Shown here one piece after another: positions 25,866-39,849 of a DNA stretch of 64,000 bases. The position numbers were made by a program, and so were the translations under genes. The stretch lies in NCBI GenBank assembly GCA_030324005.1, contig JARDVH010000099.1, positions 40,620,047-40,684,046 on the forward strand. The letters are read 5' to 3'. Position 1 is the stretch's first letter, and every line of letters begins with the position of its first letter. This DNA comes from Negaprion brevirostris. Taxonomy: Eukaryota. The notes beneath the pieces were generated by a model. That model searched no databases, had not been told where the DNA came from, and saw nothing but the letters and a program-made list of their open reading frames with translations.

Positions 25866-26269
25866 GCACCTTGTTTGAAGGTCTTATGAGGAAAGGCTGA
25901 GGGACTTGAGGTTGTTTTCATTAGAGAGAAGAAGGTTAAGAGGTGACCTANNNNNNNNNNNNNNNNNNNNNNNNNNNNNNNNNNNNNNNNNNNNNNNNNN
26001 NNNNNNNNNNNNNNNNNNNNNNNNNNNNNNNNNNNNNNNNNNNNNNNNNNAGAGACAATGCATTCTGGCTGCAGCAAAATTTGGGACTAGTTATTAAGAG
26101 GACTAATGGAGCAACAGGTTAGAGAGAGGCATCTCCGATGCTGTGAAGAAGCAAAAAAGGCTTTAGTCCAGGCGGTGAAAATGAGGAGAGATCTCACATT
26201 TTCACAGGGGCTGTCCTGATATAAATTTCAAAGGGACAGAAAGCCACTGCAGAGATCAATGCTTCGTAA

Positions 26270-27462
26270 GGTTAGTCATGGCACAAATCAGTTCCTACTT
26301 CCCAGATTGCCTGGATCTACTACAGTTCACCTATCGCCACAACGGGTACACAGCAGACACCATCTACCTGGCCCTACACAGCACTGGAATATCTAGATAA
26401 CAAATACACTGACGTCAGACTCCTATTCACAGACTATTGCTCAGCCTTTAATACCATTATTCCTATGAACCCTATCTCCAAAGTTTGTGGCCTCGGGCTT
26501 GGCTCCTCCCTGGCAATTTGATCCTAGACTTCCTAACCCATAGTCAGTAACGATCGGCAACAACACCTCCACAATCATCCTCAACACAGGTGCTCTACAA
26601 AGCTGTGTCCTCAGCCCCTACCTATACTNNNNNNNNNNNNNNNNNNNNNNNNNNNNNNNNNNNNNNNNNNNNNNNNNNNNNNNNNNNNNNNNNNNNNNNN
26701 NNNNNNNNNNNNNNNNNNNNNNNNNNNNNNNNNNNNNNNNNNNNNNNNNNNNNNNNNNNNNNNNNNNNNNNNNNNNNNNNNNNNNNNNNNNNNNNNNNNN
26801 NNNNNNNNNNNNNNNNNNNNNNNNNNNNNNNNNNNNNNNNNNNNNNNNNNNNNNNNNNNNNNNNNNNNNNNNNNNNNNNNNNNNNNNNNNNNNNNNNNNN
26901 NNNNNNNNNNNNNNNNNNNNNNNNNNNNNNNNNNNNNNNNNNNNNNNNNNNNNNNNNNNNNNNNNNNNNNNNNNNNNNNNNNNNNNNNNNNNNNNNNNNN
27001 NNNNNNNNNNNNNNNNNNNNNNNNNNNNNNNNNNNNNNNNNNNNNNNNNNNNNNNNNNNNNNNNNNNNNNNNNNNNNNNNNNNNNNNNNNNNNNNNNNNN
27101 NNNNNNNNNNNNNNNNNNNNNNNNNNNNNNNNNNNNNNNNNNNNNNNNNNNNNNNNNNNNNNNNNNNNNNNNNNNNNNNNNNNNNNNNNNNNNNNNNNNN
27201 NNNNNNNNNNNNNNNNNNNNNNNNNNNNNNNNNNNNNNNNNNNNNNNNNNNNNNNNGGGGTAGGGCCTGGGTGGGATTGTGTTTGGTGCAGACTCGATGG
27301 GCCGAAGGGCCTCTTTCTGCACTGTAGGGTTCTGTGATCTATGATATGACTAACTCTACATTTTGCACTCTCTCCTCCTCTATATATGATATGTTTTGTC
27401 TGTGTAGCATGCAAGAAATAATATTTTTCGCTGTGTACTAATACATGTGACAATAATTGAAT
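26270..27462 (+). mobile_element. Rex1/Babar LINE (RT fragment, gap, 3' tail) with an embedded SINE tail at 27256-27345
   Basis: Decayed LDLLQFTYRHNG, LDNKYTDVRLLFTDYCSAFNTIIP and TGALQ.CVLSPYLY motifs. Tail ttttcgctgtgtactaatacatgtgacaataa. Confidence 0.75.
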
Positions 27463-27519
27463 CAGTGCAAGGAGTTTGGATCCAAAGCCTTGGCTGCAGT
27501 GCTGGAGAAAGTTCAGTGA

Positions 27520-27840
27520 CCTCACAGAAAGGAAGACCATGGCAACTGGTGGAACTTGAAGCCAATTTAAATAAATGTGGAATAAAAAGCTAATCTTCGT
27601 AATGGTGACCATAAAATTGGCATCGACTAATATAAAAACTCATCCAGTACACTAATATCCTTTAGGCAAAAAAAACCTGCCATCCTTACCAGATCTGGCC
27701 TACACGATTCCAGATCCACAGTAATGTGGTTGACTCTTAACTGTCATCTGAAATGGCCTAGCAAGCCACTCAGTTCAAGGGCATTAAGGAGTACACAACA
27801 TATGTTGGCCTTGCTAATGGCACCTGCATCCCATCAAAGT
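27520..27840 (+). mobile_element. Deu-domain SINE (SacSINE1-like), partial
   Basis: Collinear with 47907-48297 (catccagtacactaatatcctttagg; tgtggttgactcttaactgtcatctgaaatggcctagcaagccactcagttc). Confidence 0.65.
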
Positions 27841-28079
27841 ATACATCTTAAAATGCAGCCACCTACACATCTCAATACCAGCCTCATGTATTGCTCAATA
27901 CCCCACCATATCTCATTACCATCAGCAATCTCTGGCAATCAAGACTCATGCCTAACATTCATATGCTCCACCTTGCCTTCACACATTCATCGTTGCTGCA
28001 AGCCTGACACCCAACTGCACAGCAAAAGCAGGACAAGTCCAACTTGGTCAGTTACCACTCCAGCAGTTTACCAGTGATC

Positions 28080-29375
28080 ATCAGCAGTGTGATGGATAGG
28101 GTCAACAGCAGCACCGTCAAATGGCATTTGCTTAGCAATAACTTCCTCAGTGACACTCCATTTGGCTTCTGCCAGAGCCATTCATCTCCTGACCTCATTA
28201 TAACTTTGGTTTAAACATGGACAAAGAAACTGAATTCCAGAGCCGAAGTGAGTGGCATCAAGACAGCATTCAACTGAGTGTAGCATCATGGAGTCTGAGC
28301 AAAACTGGAAGCATTAGGAATTAGCGAAGAAACCCTCCGCTGGTTGGAGTCATCAACTGGCATAAAGAAAGATGATTATGGTGGTTGGAGGTCCATCATC
28401 TCAGTTCCAGGACATCACTGCAGGAGTTCCTCAAGGCAGTGTCCTAGATCCAACCATCTTCAGCTGCTTCATCAATTACCTTCCTTATATCATCAGTTCA
28501 GAAGTGGGGATCTTTGCTGATGATTGCAGTGTTCAGCACCATTCGCGACTCCTCAGATAGTGAAACAGTCCACGTCTAAATACAGCAAGACTTGGACAAT
28601 ATCCAGGCTTGGGTTGACAGGTAACATTCATGCCACACAAGTACCAGGTAATGTCTATCTCCGAATAGTGAGAAGCTAACCATAATATAACATTGAATAT
28701 AACGTTCAATGGAATTATCATTTCTGATCAATGGTGTTGATAGTGGGAATTCAGCAACGGAACTGAACTGACTGTGTAAATACTGTGGCTGAAAGAGCAG
28801 GGCAGAAGCTCTGAATCCTGCAGCAAGTCACTTATCTTCTGACTCCCCAAGACCCATCTATCATCTACAGGCCAGAGGTGTGATAGAATACTGTCCACTT
28901 GCCTTCATGAGTGCAACTTGAACAACACACAAACTCGACACCATCCATGATAAAGCAGCCTGCTTGATTGACATCCCTTTCACAAATATTCACTCCCTCC
29001 AGCACCGATCAACAGTGGCAGCAGTTTGTACATCTACAAGATGCATTGCTGGAACTCAGCAAGGCCCTTAGGAAGCATCTTCTAAACACTAGACCACTAT
29101 CACCTTGAAGATCAAATAGAGCAGAAACATGGGAACCCCATCACCTGGAAGTTTCCCCCCCAGTCTTTCACCATTCTAACTTGGGGATATATCCTGTTCT
29201 TTCAGTGTTGCTGAGTTAAAATCCTGGAACTCCTACCCAAACAGCCACGTGGGTGTAGCTTCACCACAGGAACTGCAGCAGTTCAAGCAAGCAGCTCACC
29301 ACCACCTAAACGGCAGTTGGGATGGGCAATAAATGGCGGTGTAACCAGTGACACCTGTAAATGGACATAAAAAAA
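28080..29375 (+). mobile_element. CR1/L2-group LINE 3' part (putative partner of the Deu-SINE)
   Basis: RT motifs GVPQGSVLDPTIFSCFIN and IFADD. The 3' end gggatgggcaataaatg is shared with the Deu-type SINE tail. Confidence 0.8.
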
Positions 29376-29809
29376 TCTTGAACTTTCACTTCCAGCTATT
29401 CAGCCATGACGTACGCATCACTCTCACACCCATCTCTCTCGCATAACAAGGTGTCCATCAGAAGCGGAAGTAGAAAACAAGTGGCATGGCTGCGTCACCT
29501 GAACTCTTTGGAGGAAACAGTGTTCCAAATTATCAGTGTGGTAATCACTGAGCCCATGGATGGTCCACCCAAGAGAATATGTTCACCCCTCACCCATGTC
29601 ATATCAAACTTCACACTCGACCCCTGATTTGAATTGATTTGCAAGCTGCAAATAGTGTGGCCATGCACCATTTGCTTTCCACTCACAACCCCCTTCCTTC
29701 AGGCCACTGCTACCTCAGCAGCCAGTGTAGCCTGACAGTGAAAGAAGAGAAGAGCAGCAGGTATGTGATGGCAAAGGACTGTCACTTAATCTGACACTTG
29801 TTGCTCCTA

Positions 29810-31300
29810 GCTCAGATATTTAGAGGCAGAGTTCCAAGACCTGATAACCCAGCAAACAAATTTTGAATGAAAGGAGGTGGATATTGATCAGCACACAACA
29901 CTGGATTGATGGCTGTTTTAAAATCAACCACAAATACGAACTGAACCATCCAGTTTCATAACCGGTACAATGGGGTAACCTAGTTGCTCATAATAACTGG
30001 CTCTAACACACCAACATTATTAATTCTTCTTTGACCTTGGGATAAATTACTTATGGCATCACTCTGGTTTGAGACTTTTGGATTGACTATTAGGCTTTAT
30101 CTTGAGTTTCACTTGAANNNNCAAGTGTCTCTTTAAATACACTTTTGTATTTATCCAGAAGGTGCTGCAGGTCTGTTCTGGCATCGACCAATCTGTTGAC
30201 AGTGGTCCAGTTAAGCTTTATGTTCTGTAACTAAGTAGAGCTGGAAGACAACTCCACTGTTTGTTCACTCAACTCAGTTGACCATGATTAATCTTTTAAT
30301 GGCATAATCTCTTCCTTGTATGTCCTTAAAATCACATCAGCTTTTAAAGCAAGATACTTCAACTTTTATTGGTATATAGTGTCAGCAGTTAAAGTTGCAA
30401 GTGCACCAGCATCAACCTCCATTCTAGTAGGTTGTCCATTAACCTTCAGAGTCACCTATTTTCTATGATTCATCCTATATGGTTAATACTTTCAGTTGGA
30501 GCTCTTCATCATATTCCTGGATATTTTCTTTTTCAAAGTCATCGTCCTTTTCTTTCATGTTGTAAATTCGTTTTGTAGAATGGTTCTTGAAAGTACCCAG
30601 ATTCTTCATATGAATATTCTTTTCGGGGGAAGCTACTCTAGCCCAACAGGCTTTTGCAATGTGACCCATTTTGCCAGTATTCTTGCCTTGACTATCCTTG
30701 CTCCAGCATTCACTCGTTGAATGGCCCATTTCAGCGCAAGCTTGTTTTGACTTCTAATGGGCAGTTCCCAATTTGTGGATTTTCATTCCTACACCAAATA
30801 GTGAAGCCTCTTTAGCAGTCAGTTCCATTGACACTGTGATTTCTATTGTCTTTAAAGCCAAAGGATATTCAATAAGCAATCTTCTTTGGAAAGCCTCATT
30901 TTGGAGACCACTAGATGATCTCAGAGTATCCTCTAACGACTCACCAGTCTTTTTAAGGTTGCCACAAGCTGAGCAATGAACCTTTTCATTAAATTCCTTC
31001 AGTTGAACATGTACCATTTCATGGTGATCAATGGCTCTTAAGGATCTTTGTCAGGTCTTAAGTTTTGGTTCCTGGCTTTGCTGGATGAACCAAGTTCTGG
31101 AGCAAATTGAAGGTTTTATTTCCTATTGTACTGCAAAAGCTGATACGAGCAACTAGTTTTAATTGCAAAATGCTCTGCATAGGAGCGCCCCTCATTTTCT
31201 TCATTGAAAGAACCCATGGACCTTAATAGACCTACAATTTCTCTTACAGGCAATAGCAATTCAAGACTGCTCAGTATATATTTTTTTACTTTACTGTCTT
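29810..31300 (-). mobile_element. Gypsy LTR retrotransposon remnant (gag, knuckle, protease, start of RT)
   Basis: GLQNEAFQRRLL; GKMGHIAKAC; protease VNGQPTRMEVDAGA; RT start VTPIVPVMKLDGSVRICG/DFKTAINP..ADQYP. A possible decayed PBS (ttggcaacaag) near 31600-31610 and an LTR at ~31612-31828. Confidence 0.8.
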
Positions 31301-31849
31301 CCCAGTACTTCCTTTCTACCTTTGAAACTGTTGACTTGAATCTTTTTTCAAACAGCCCCACTGTTCACAAAGCACCCACTCTTTTCAAATATGCCAAATA
31401 CTGCCTGGAATCTCACCCCTCTCTAATCATAAAACCCTAATTTAAAAACATAGAACTTATTTAATATTGGACTTCCGATGTGCATTGTCTCTTGAGTTCT
31501 GTAGTTGCTTCTCCCTAGTATTCTAATATTTGAAGTGTAAGGATTTGTAATGTTTTTGCTTCTATTGGGATCTTTTCAGGATGAAACAAAGTTCCTGACT
31601 TGTTGCCAACTTGCTTTTTGTAATGTCCTAACAATGAAAGGAGTTGTGGGTTTGATACAAAAAAAAGCTGTGGTTCTCATAAGTAGACTCAAACTACAAC
31701 AACAGGTTTTGTCCAGGAACTCCTGCCTGTACAGAGGACAAACTGAAATTAATGTATCAGCTTGCGCAACACAATGTCATCACTATCAAATCATGTGATT
31801 CAACTCTCAAGCACTTAAATATATAACACTCATTTTTAAATGGAAGCAT

Positions 31850-33258
31850 CCTTTCCACTCTCATGTTGTTGAGACCATTCAGAATCCTATGTCTTTCAAG
31901 CAATCAAATTACCCCTCTTGTAAATTCCACTGTTAAAAAGAAAAATTCCAGTCTGTCCAAACTTTCCTCAGAAGACAACTTACTCATTACCATTATTAAT
32001 TTAGTAAACCACCTGTGAACTGCCTCCAATGTATTTACATCCTTAATTAAATAGAGACCAAAACTATATGCAGTACTCAAGAAGTCAAGAGAGTAGTGGC
32101 GGAATGATGTTTTTCTGGCTGAAGATCCAGGTGACTAGCGGTGATACTGGGCATACTGGGACGTCTGCTGTTTATGATGTATATAAATGACTTGGATGAA
32201 AATGTANNNNNNNNNNNNNNNNNNNNNNNNNNNNNNNNNNNNNNNNNNNNNNNNNNNNNNNNNNNNNNNNNNNNNNNNNNNNNNNNNNNNNNNNNNNNNN
32301 NNNNNNAAATGACTTGGATGAAAATGTAAATAGGGTAGTAAGTTTACAGACAACACAAAGATAGATGGAGTTCTGGATAGTGTAGAAGGTTGTCAAAGAA
32401 CACAGCAGGATATGGATCGTTTGAAGATATGAGCAGAGAAATGGCAGACAGAGTTTGATCTGGGCAAGTTTGAGGTGCTGCATTTTGGGAGATCAAATGT
32501 TACGGGTAAGTATACAGTTAATGGCAGGACCCTGAAAGGCATTGATGTAGAGAGGGATCTTGGGATTGAGGTCCATTGCTTCCTGAAAGTGGCTTGCCTT
32601 TATTGGTTGGGGCATTGAGTACAAGAGTCAAGATGTCATGTTGCAGCTTCATAAAACTTTGATTAGGCCGCACTTAAGAGTAGTGCATTCAATTTGGCCA
32701 CCACATTACAGGAAGGATGTGAAGGCTTTGGCGAGGGTGCAGAAGAGGTTTACAATGATACTGCCTGGATTAAAGTGTATGTGCTATCAAGAGAGGCTGG
32801 ACAAACTAATGGTAATTATCTGGAATGCGCTGCAGTGTGGAGGCAGATATGATGGGGGCTTTTAGGTAAGTACATTAATATGCAAGGAAGAGTGTTATGG
32901 ACCAAGGGCAGGCAAAGGGATTAGTTTAATTTGGTGTCATGTTAGGTATAATGTGAGCCAAAGGTCCTGTTCCTGTGCTGTACTGTTCTATGTGGTCCCA
33001 CTAATACGCTGTATAATTGAAGCAAACATAGTTTTATGTTCAATTCCTCTCATAATAAAGGATAGCATTCCACTGGCTGCCTTAATTAGTTGCTGTACCT
33101 GCATACTAACTGTAACTCATGCACTCAAATACCGAGATCCTTATGCACCTCGGAATTCCGTAGTCATTCTTTAAGTAATATCCTGCTTATTCTTCATGCT
33201 AAAGTGAACAACTTCATGTTTTCCCACATTCTCCATTTGCCTCATCTTTGCCCACTTG
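31850..33258. mobile_element. Nested CR1s: a + strand CR1 (~32085-32990) inside a - strand CR1
   Basis: The minus copy breaks at cagtactcaaga and resumes at tgtggtcccac. The inner copy has MYINDLDEN, KFTDNTKI and LARVQKRFT plus a CR1 tail. Confidence 0.7.
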
Positions 33259-33565
33259 CGGATAGTGAAGAGGATTGTCAGGATACAGCAAGTTGTAGAC
33301 CACTTGGAGACTTGGGAGAATAAATGGCAATTGGAGTTATCGACAGACAGAGATATCTGGGCATACGTGTCCACCAGTCACTGAAAGTGGCAATGCAGGT
33401 GGATAAGGTAGTCAAGAGAGCATACACATGCTTGCCTTCATTGGTCGGGGCATTGAGTATAAAAATTGGCGGGTCAAGCTGTAGCTATACAGAATCTTGG
33501 GCCTTATTTAGAATATGGAGTGGAATTCTGGTCGCCATAGTACCAGAAAGATGCGGATGCTTAAT
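33259..33565 (+). mobile_element. CR1 RT fragment
   Basis: DSEEDCQ and RYLGIRVHQSLKVAMQVDKVVKRAY. Confidence 0.7.
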
Positions 33566-34287
33566 ATGGATGCTGCTGCTGATAAGCAAACAGATACTGA
33601 AGAAACTTGAACCTTACTCNNNNNNNNNNNNNNNNNNNNNNNNNNNNNNNNNNNNNNNNNNNNNNNNNNNNNNNNNNNNNNNNNNNNNNNNNNNNNNNNN
33701 NNNNNNNNNNNNNNNNNNNNNNNNNNNNNNNNNNNNNNNNNNNNNNNNNNNNNNNNNNNNNNNNNNNNNNNNNNNNNNNNNNNNNNNNNNNNNNNNNNNN
33801 NNNNNNNNNNNNNNNNNNNNNNNNNNNNNNNNNNNNNNNNNNNNNNNNNNNNNNNNNNNNNNNNNNNNNNNNNNNNNNNNNNNNNNNNNNNNNNNNNNNN
33901 NNNNNNNNNNNNNNNNNNNNNNNNNNNNNNNNNNNNNNNNNNNNNNNNNNNNNNNNNNNNNNNNNNNNNNNNNNNNNNNNNNNNNNNNNNNNNNNNNNNN
34001 NNNNNNNNNNNNNNNNNNNNNNNNNNNNNNNNNNNNNNNNNNNNNNNNNNNNNNNNNNNNNNNNNNNNNNNNNNNNNNNNNNNNNNNNNNNNNNNNNNNN
34101 NNNNNNNNNNNNNNNNNNNNNNNNNNNNNNNNNNNNNNNNNNNNNNNNNNNNNNNNNNNNNNNNNNNNNNNNNNNNNNNNNNNNNNNNNNNNNNNNNNNN
34201 NNNNNNNNNNNNNNNNNNNNNNNNNNNNNNNNNNNNNNNNNNNNNNNNNNNNNNNNNNNNNNNNNNNNNNNNNNNNNNNNNNNNNNN

Positions 34288-34790
34288 TGGCAACTGTGAA
34301 GCTGGGGACCTCTGGAGAAAGATGAGGCAGATCCTTCACCCTTATTGTTAACACTGATGTGCTTGGTTCCTCCATCATTGAAAACGGATATATTTGCAGC
34401 ACAGCCTCCTCCAGTGAATTGTTTAAGTAAAAAATATTCCATCACACTTCTGACTTGTAAATGGTGGACACATTATGCTAGTTCACGAGGTGAATGACAT
34501 GTCTCGGCATTCCCAGTCTCCAACCTGCTCTTTTATTTATATGCTATTTACTGACATCTATATGGCTAGTCCAATTCAGTTTCAATGGTAGCCCACAGCA
34601 TTGATTATAGTACGGAATTCAGTGATGGTAATGCCATTGATTGTCTTAGGGAGATAGTTAGATTCTCTCATGCTGGAGATGGTCATTATCTGGCAGAAAT
34701 GTTATTTGCCTCTTATCAGCCCAAGCATGAATATTTTCTTTTGGCAGATGGATATGGACTGTGAATGGTGCTAATGAATCAGTCTGTGTC
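34288..34790 (-). mobile_element. CR1/L2-group LINE fragment
   Basis: Antisense to the 28080-29375 family (ttcagtgatggtaatgccattga, cagcccaagc). Confidence 0.6.
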
Positions 34791-35180
34791 CATATGTATC
34801 AATTTGTGTGATGCTCAAGATCATTCAAACAGAGATGTGTGGATGGAAGGGAAATATGTGAATTCTTTAATAAGTATCATAAACAGTACCTATATGGGAG
34901 ATGTTATGTTGGCTTGCATGTATTTAGTACTCTTCTAATCCTAATAATTAGTACAAAATCAAGAAGAAGGAATAATTTGCAGCTCAAGACACAACAGAAA
35001 TGCTCAATATTTTCCAGTAAGCAATATTTGTTGAAAACATAAAGAAAAACTTAAGGCTATAAACTTAAAATTATATTATGTAATGGCTTTTGACATGTAG
35101 AATGCTGGAAACTAGATTCTGTTTCTTTACTGTTCATTATATTTTAACATTTTCTAATTATTTTCCTCTTTCCATCTCAG

Positions 35181-35342
35181 AATGCAACTCTTCAAGCAGA
35201 GAAACAAGCCTTGAAAACTCAGTTAAAACAACTAGAAACGCAGAATACCAACTTGCAAGCCCAAATCCTTGCACTTCAGAGGCAGACAGCATCCCTACAG
35301 GAGCATAATACAACGTTACAAACGCAGAATGCTAAGCTGCAG
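35181..35342 (+). CDS. CCDC88A: Girdin internal coding exon D
   Basis: Polypyrimidine tract with ctcag|AAT acceptor and CAG|gtcaga donor, 162 nt. Translates [54 protein letters not shown]. This frame is absent from the ORF track. Confidence 0.97.
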
Positions 35343-37399
35343 GTCAGATTCTGTGTTGTTAAATTTAAGAATTGGTGCAATGCTTGCTAAAATTGAATGT
35401 TTTCTTACCAAAAAACAAAATATTCCTTTTTAATTCTGATATGGAATACAATACTATCTATTGAATTTTTACTACATTAGAATTTTGAAGGACTTAGTAA
35501 AAACTGTGAGCTGCATACTAACAATATTTTTGAGATGAGGGTGTAGCAGTATTGCCACTGCTTTGGATTAGTAATCCAGAGAGTGAAGGTAATGCTTTGG
35601 GAGCCTGGGTTTGGATTACATTATGGCAGATGGTGAAATTTGAATTAAATAAAAATTTAGAATAGCTATGACTATAACACTATATTCCGCATCCTGCCAT
35701 ATCTTCTCCCCTGTGTATGCTGTGAATGGTATGTTTTGTCTGTATTGCATGCAATAAACAATACTTTTCACTGTATCCCAATATATGTGACGCTAATAAA
35801 TTAAACCTTATTCCAAGATCTTTTCCATTTGAAAGAACACAAGCCTATAAGCATTCATCAGCACATTGCTATAATATATTTTGTAAAATCAATTATTCAA
35901 CATCGTTAGGCCACTTCATTAACATAAATAGTCATACGTAATTTTGTTTTGTATGAACAAGAAAACAGGCTAAGAAATTTTATAGCATAAAGAAACAAAA
36001 CATTATCCATCTGGATACTCCAAGGTTTCTTCCTTTTGTTAAGCAACTTAGTTTCTAAAAAGCATTTTTTTCATTGCCATAAAATTAACCTTTAAAGTCA
36101 GTGCTGAAGAATTTTGTGTCCACACTGACAGAAAAAAAACCTTGGTTAATTTAGTTCCACCTACTGGGCCCACTTTTAACTCCAGTCACAGTTCAAGCCA
36201 ACTAGAGTAAATTTTAAAAAAAATGTCCCAGCCATCTTCTGTACGCACTAATTAATTTGATGTGGCAGAATTCAATTCAAGCAAGGTCAGAGGCTGGGGG
36301 AATAAGTGAAACAAGATGGAGGGTGGGGGGGGAGAAAGATAAGAAGAAGAAGATAGAAAGGAGGAAGGAGGGAAATGTCTGCGTAGGAAAGGGAGAGGAG
36401 GGATAGACGATGAGGAGGTTAGGAACAAAAGTTTTTAAAAGTCTGTTATGGAGGGCAGGATGGTTTTTAAACCAATCACATAGTATTGTTTTTGTTTGGG
36501 ATTTCCTGATGATGGGCATTGGAATGTAAAATGTTGATTTTTCAATTTTAGAGTCAGGTGTTCTGACCAATGTTAAGTCAAGAGATTTAAGGTAGAAATA
36601 CCCTATCATCACATTTCCTATAAGTGTAATAGGTCTGAAAGATAAATGTTGATGTTCTTACAATTAATTTTGCCTGAAGCGTAGAAATTTTGGTGGGTTT
36701 TGTGGCAACCTACTCACAGCAAGGTTGGTTCAAATTAGTTGTCAAACTGGAAGATAAATAGGAGGAACCAGACTGCTGTTGAATGCAATGGGATTTTTCC
36801 ATTGAAAAATGTAATGATCATTTTTTTAGTTTAAGTGTCAGTTATAAAAATCCAATTAAGTAATGGCAACTGGTGAAACAGTGTTCCACAACATAGCCAC
36901 TTGATAGTTCTGCATTAGCTTCTGATCTCTGGGAGCTTGTGTGTCAAGTAGAAGCTGCCTCCTTTGTGAGGTTAAGTACCATTATAGCCCTTACCCTCAA
37001 ATTCTCCTACCTACAAATTACTTTTGTTCATTGGCCTTCGCCCCAGTGTGCCTACAACTCCAGTTCACTATCAGCCTTGGTCCTCATCATCTCCTACCTC
37101 ATTTTGGCTTGAACAGCCCATTTTATAGAGTGGGTTTACACAACAGAGTTGAACTGATCAGAAGTTTTCACAGGAAAAAATTTGATAGACAACTTAATGT
37201 CCTAGTTACAAAAGGTTGTAAGAAAGAAAGGATTTCATTAAAATAATCTTTAAAGAAATAACTTAGCATTCAATTTTGATTCTTCTTTCTCTTCCCTCAA
37301 ATTAATGAGATCTACTGTAAATATACTGTAACATGGGATTCAAGCACACGAACAGCAAGATTATAAAACAGAGATTCTTTATTCCACATTTTAGTAAGA

Positions 37400-38460
37400 C
37401 TTTTGACAAGGTCCCTCATGGCAGGCTGGTACAAAAGGTTATGTGATCCAGAGTGTGCTGGTTAGATAGATACAGAACTGGCTTGGTCATAGACAGAGAG
37501 TAGTAGACAGAGAGTAGTAGACAGAGAGTAGTAGACAGAGAGTAGTAGACAGAGAGTAGTAGACAGAGAGTAGTAGACAGAGAGTAGTAGACAGAGAGTA
37601 GTAGACAGAGAGTAGTAGACAGAGAGTAGTAGACAGAGAGTAGTAGACAGAGAGTAGTAGACAGAGAGTAGTAGACAGAGAGTAGTAGACAGNNNNNNNN
37701 NNNNNNNNNNNNNNNNNNNNNNNNNNNNNNNNNNNNNNNNNNNNNNNNNNNNNNNNNNNNNNNNNNNNNNNNNNNNNNNNNNNNNNNNNNNNNNNNNNNN
37801 NNNNNNNNNNNNNNNNNNNNNNNNNNNNNNNNNNNNNNNNNNNNNNNNNNNNNNNNNNNNNNNNNNNNNNNNNNNNNNNNNNNNNNNNNNNNNNNNNNNN
37901 NNNNNNNNNNNNNNNNNNNNNNNNNNNNNNNNNNNNNNNNNNNNNNNNNNNNNNNNNNNNNNNNNNNNNNNNNNNNNNNNNNNNNNNNNNNNNNNNNNNN
38001 NNNNNNNNNNNNNNNNNNNNNNNNNNNNNNNNNNNNNNNNNNNNNNNNNNNNNNNNNNNNNNNNNNNNNNNNNNNNNNNNNNNNNNNNNNNNNNNNNNNN
38101 NNNNNNNNNNNNNNNNNNNNNNNNNNNNNNNNNNNNNNNNNNNNNNNNNNNNNNNNNNNNNNNNNNNNNNNNNGATATTCAGAGGCATTCTCCCAGGTGA
38201 AAGGGTCAATTACAAGTGGGCACAGGTTTAAGATGAGAGGTGATAAATTTAGAGGAGCGGTGCGGGGAAAGTTTTTCACAGAGTGGTGGGTGCCTCGAAC
38301 ACACTACCACTTGAGGTGGTGGAAGCAGGCACGTTAGCAAAGTTCAAGCTGTATATTAATAGACACATGAATGGGAGATGAACAAAGGGATAGAAACCAC
38401 GTATCAACGCAGACCTAGTAGGCTGAAGGGTCTGTTCTTGTGCTGTATTGCTCTTAGTTC
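37400..38460 (+). mobile_element. CR1 (RT to tail) spanning a gap
   Basis: tttgacaaggtccctcatggcaggctggt (FDKVPHGRL) and the tail ggctgaagggtctgttcttgtgctgta. Confidence 0.75.
37491..37692 (+). repeat. Perfect 14-bp tandem repeat (AGACAGAGAGTAGT)n, about 14.4 units, running into a gap
   Basis: Read directly from the sequence; no variant units seen. Confidence 0.95.
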
Positions 38461-39849
38461 ACAAGCAATGGATTTTTAAACATAATGGAAGAGATTAGCT
38501 CAAAGGAACTCATTATTAACAATGGATATTCATGGCTGATGCTCTAGATCCAACAGGAAACCTTTGAAACCATAACTCATGATCCCCAACCAGCTGCGTG
38601 GTAGAATTCATCTGGTGAAGTTCATGTTGCTAATTTCCCATGACCAAATGACCCAGATTAATTACCTAGTCTCCCAGATATGAAAGAAGATCTTCCTCTT
38701 GAGTGCTGTCCAAGGACATAAAAAATAAGAGCAGAGTAGACTACAGTCCATTGAGCTTCAGTACAATCATGACTGATCTTAGGCTTCAACTCCTTTTCCT
38801 TGCCCATTCTTCATATCCCTTAATTCCCCGAGAGACCAAAAATCAGTCAATCCCAGCCTTAAACTTGTTCAACAATGCAGCATCCACAACCCATTGGAGC
38901 TGAGAATTCCAAAAATTCACAATCCTTTGAGCGAAGAAGTTTGACCTCATCTCAGTCCTAACTGATGGGCCTTTTATTCTGGATCTGGCAGGAACCAGTC
39001 ACGTTGTACTGTTTTTGTTGGGGGTCACTGATAATGGGGATGGGAAATGTAAAACGGGCCCGTTGTTCAAAGCTTTCTCTCTGCATCCTTTCTTAAGTTG
39101 CTGTAAGATTTGTCAACTTCCAATCCTTAGTGAGACAGCAGATCCACTATCATTACAGCAATCTCCTTCAAAAGCCTAGAGTGTGGTCCATAGACCTTGT
39201 GGATTTGTTTTAATTTAATACCTTATCTTCCTCCAACACTTTATCTTTGCTGTTATTTTCCCTAATTTCTTCACTTTTTTTAGCTCCCGGGTTATTATCT
39301 ATTTCTGGTATGAAACTGGTGGCTTCTCCTGTGAAGATGGACATACAATATTTCTTCAGTGTCTCCACCACTTTCTTGTTTGACGTGATGAGTTCTCCTG
39401 TCTCTGCTTCTAAAGGACCAGTGTTTACTACTAGGTCTGCAACAGCTGTTCATCTGCTTCTCTGCCACTTCCTGGTTCACTAGCCCCCATCAGAAACCTT
39501 GGCCTCGTCAACTGGTGCCGTTGGGTCCTGGACACTGTGACTCGTTAGTCCCTGACACCTGCTCCTTTCAACTTTGTGTTTTGTTTCTCTCTCTCTCTCT
39601 CTCACCATTTTCTGTCTCTCATCATTGTCACTCAAAGGCTTCTGTCTCCACCCTTCTTCAGCCCACGCCCGGGCTTCAGGTTCCATCGAGGGCATCACAC
39701 CCCATCCGAGGGCAACCCACAGGACTGTTCAAATTGCCTGCCTGGTATCATCCTGTGTTAACAATCTCTGCTGATGGGGACCTAATGCCTCCAAGGAGAT
39801 GCCCAATAGTGGGCAAAGCTTTGAGTCCAGCACTGTGCTGATAGCAGAC

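Noticed and set aside
26590-27612. Long ORFs (230-333 aa) in the ORF track, also at 33324-34445 and 37416-38279
   Set aside because: They consist mostly of X from N runs or of tandem-repeat translation; they are not genes.
32185-32328. Direct repeat aaatgacttggatgaaaatgta around a 100-N gap
   Set aside because: Same overlap artefact; the CR1 reads continuously if the gap is collapsed.
35090-35308. 72-aa ORF overlapping exon D
   Set aside because: Wrong frame; the true coding frame starts at the acceptor at 35181.
37491-37692. CRISPR-like array
   Set aside because: The units are contiguous with no spacers, and the context is a vertebrate intron.
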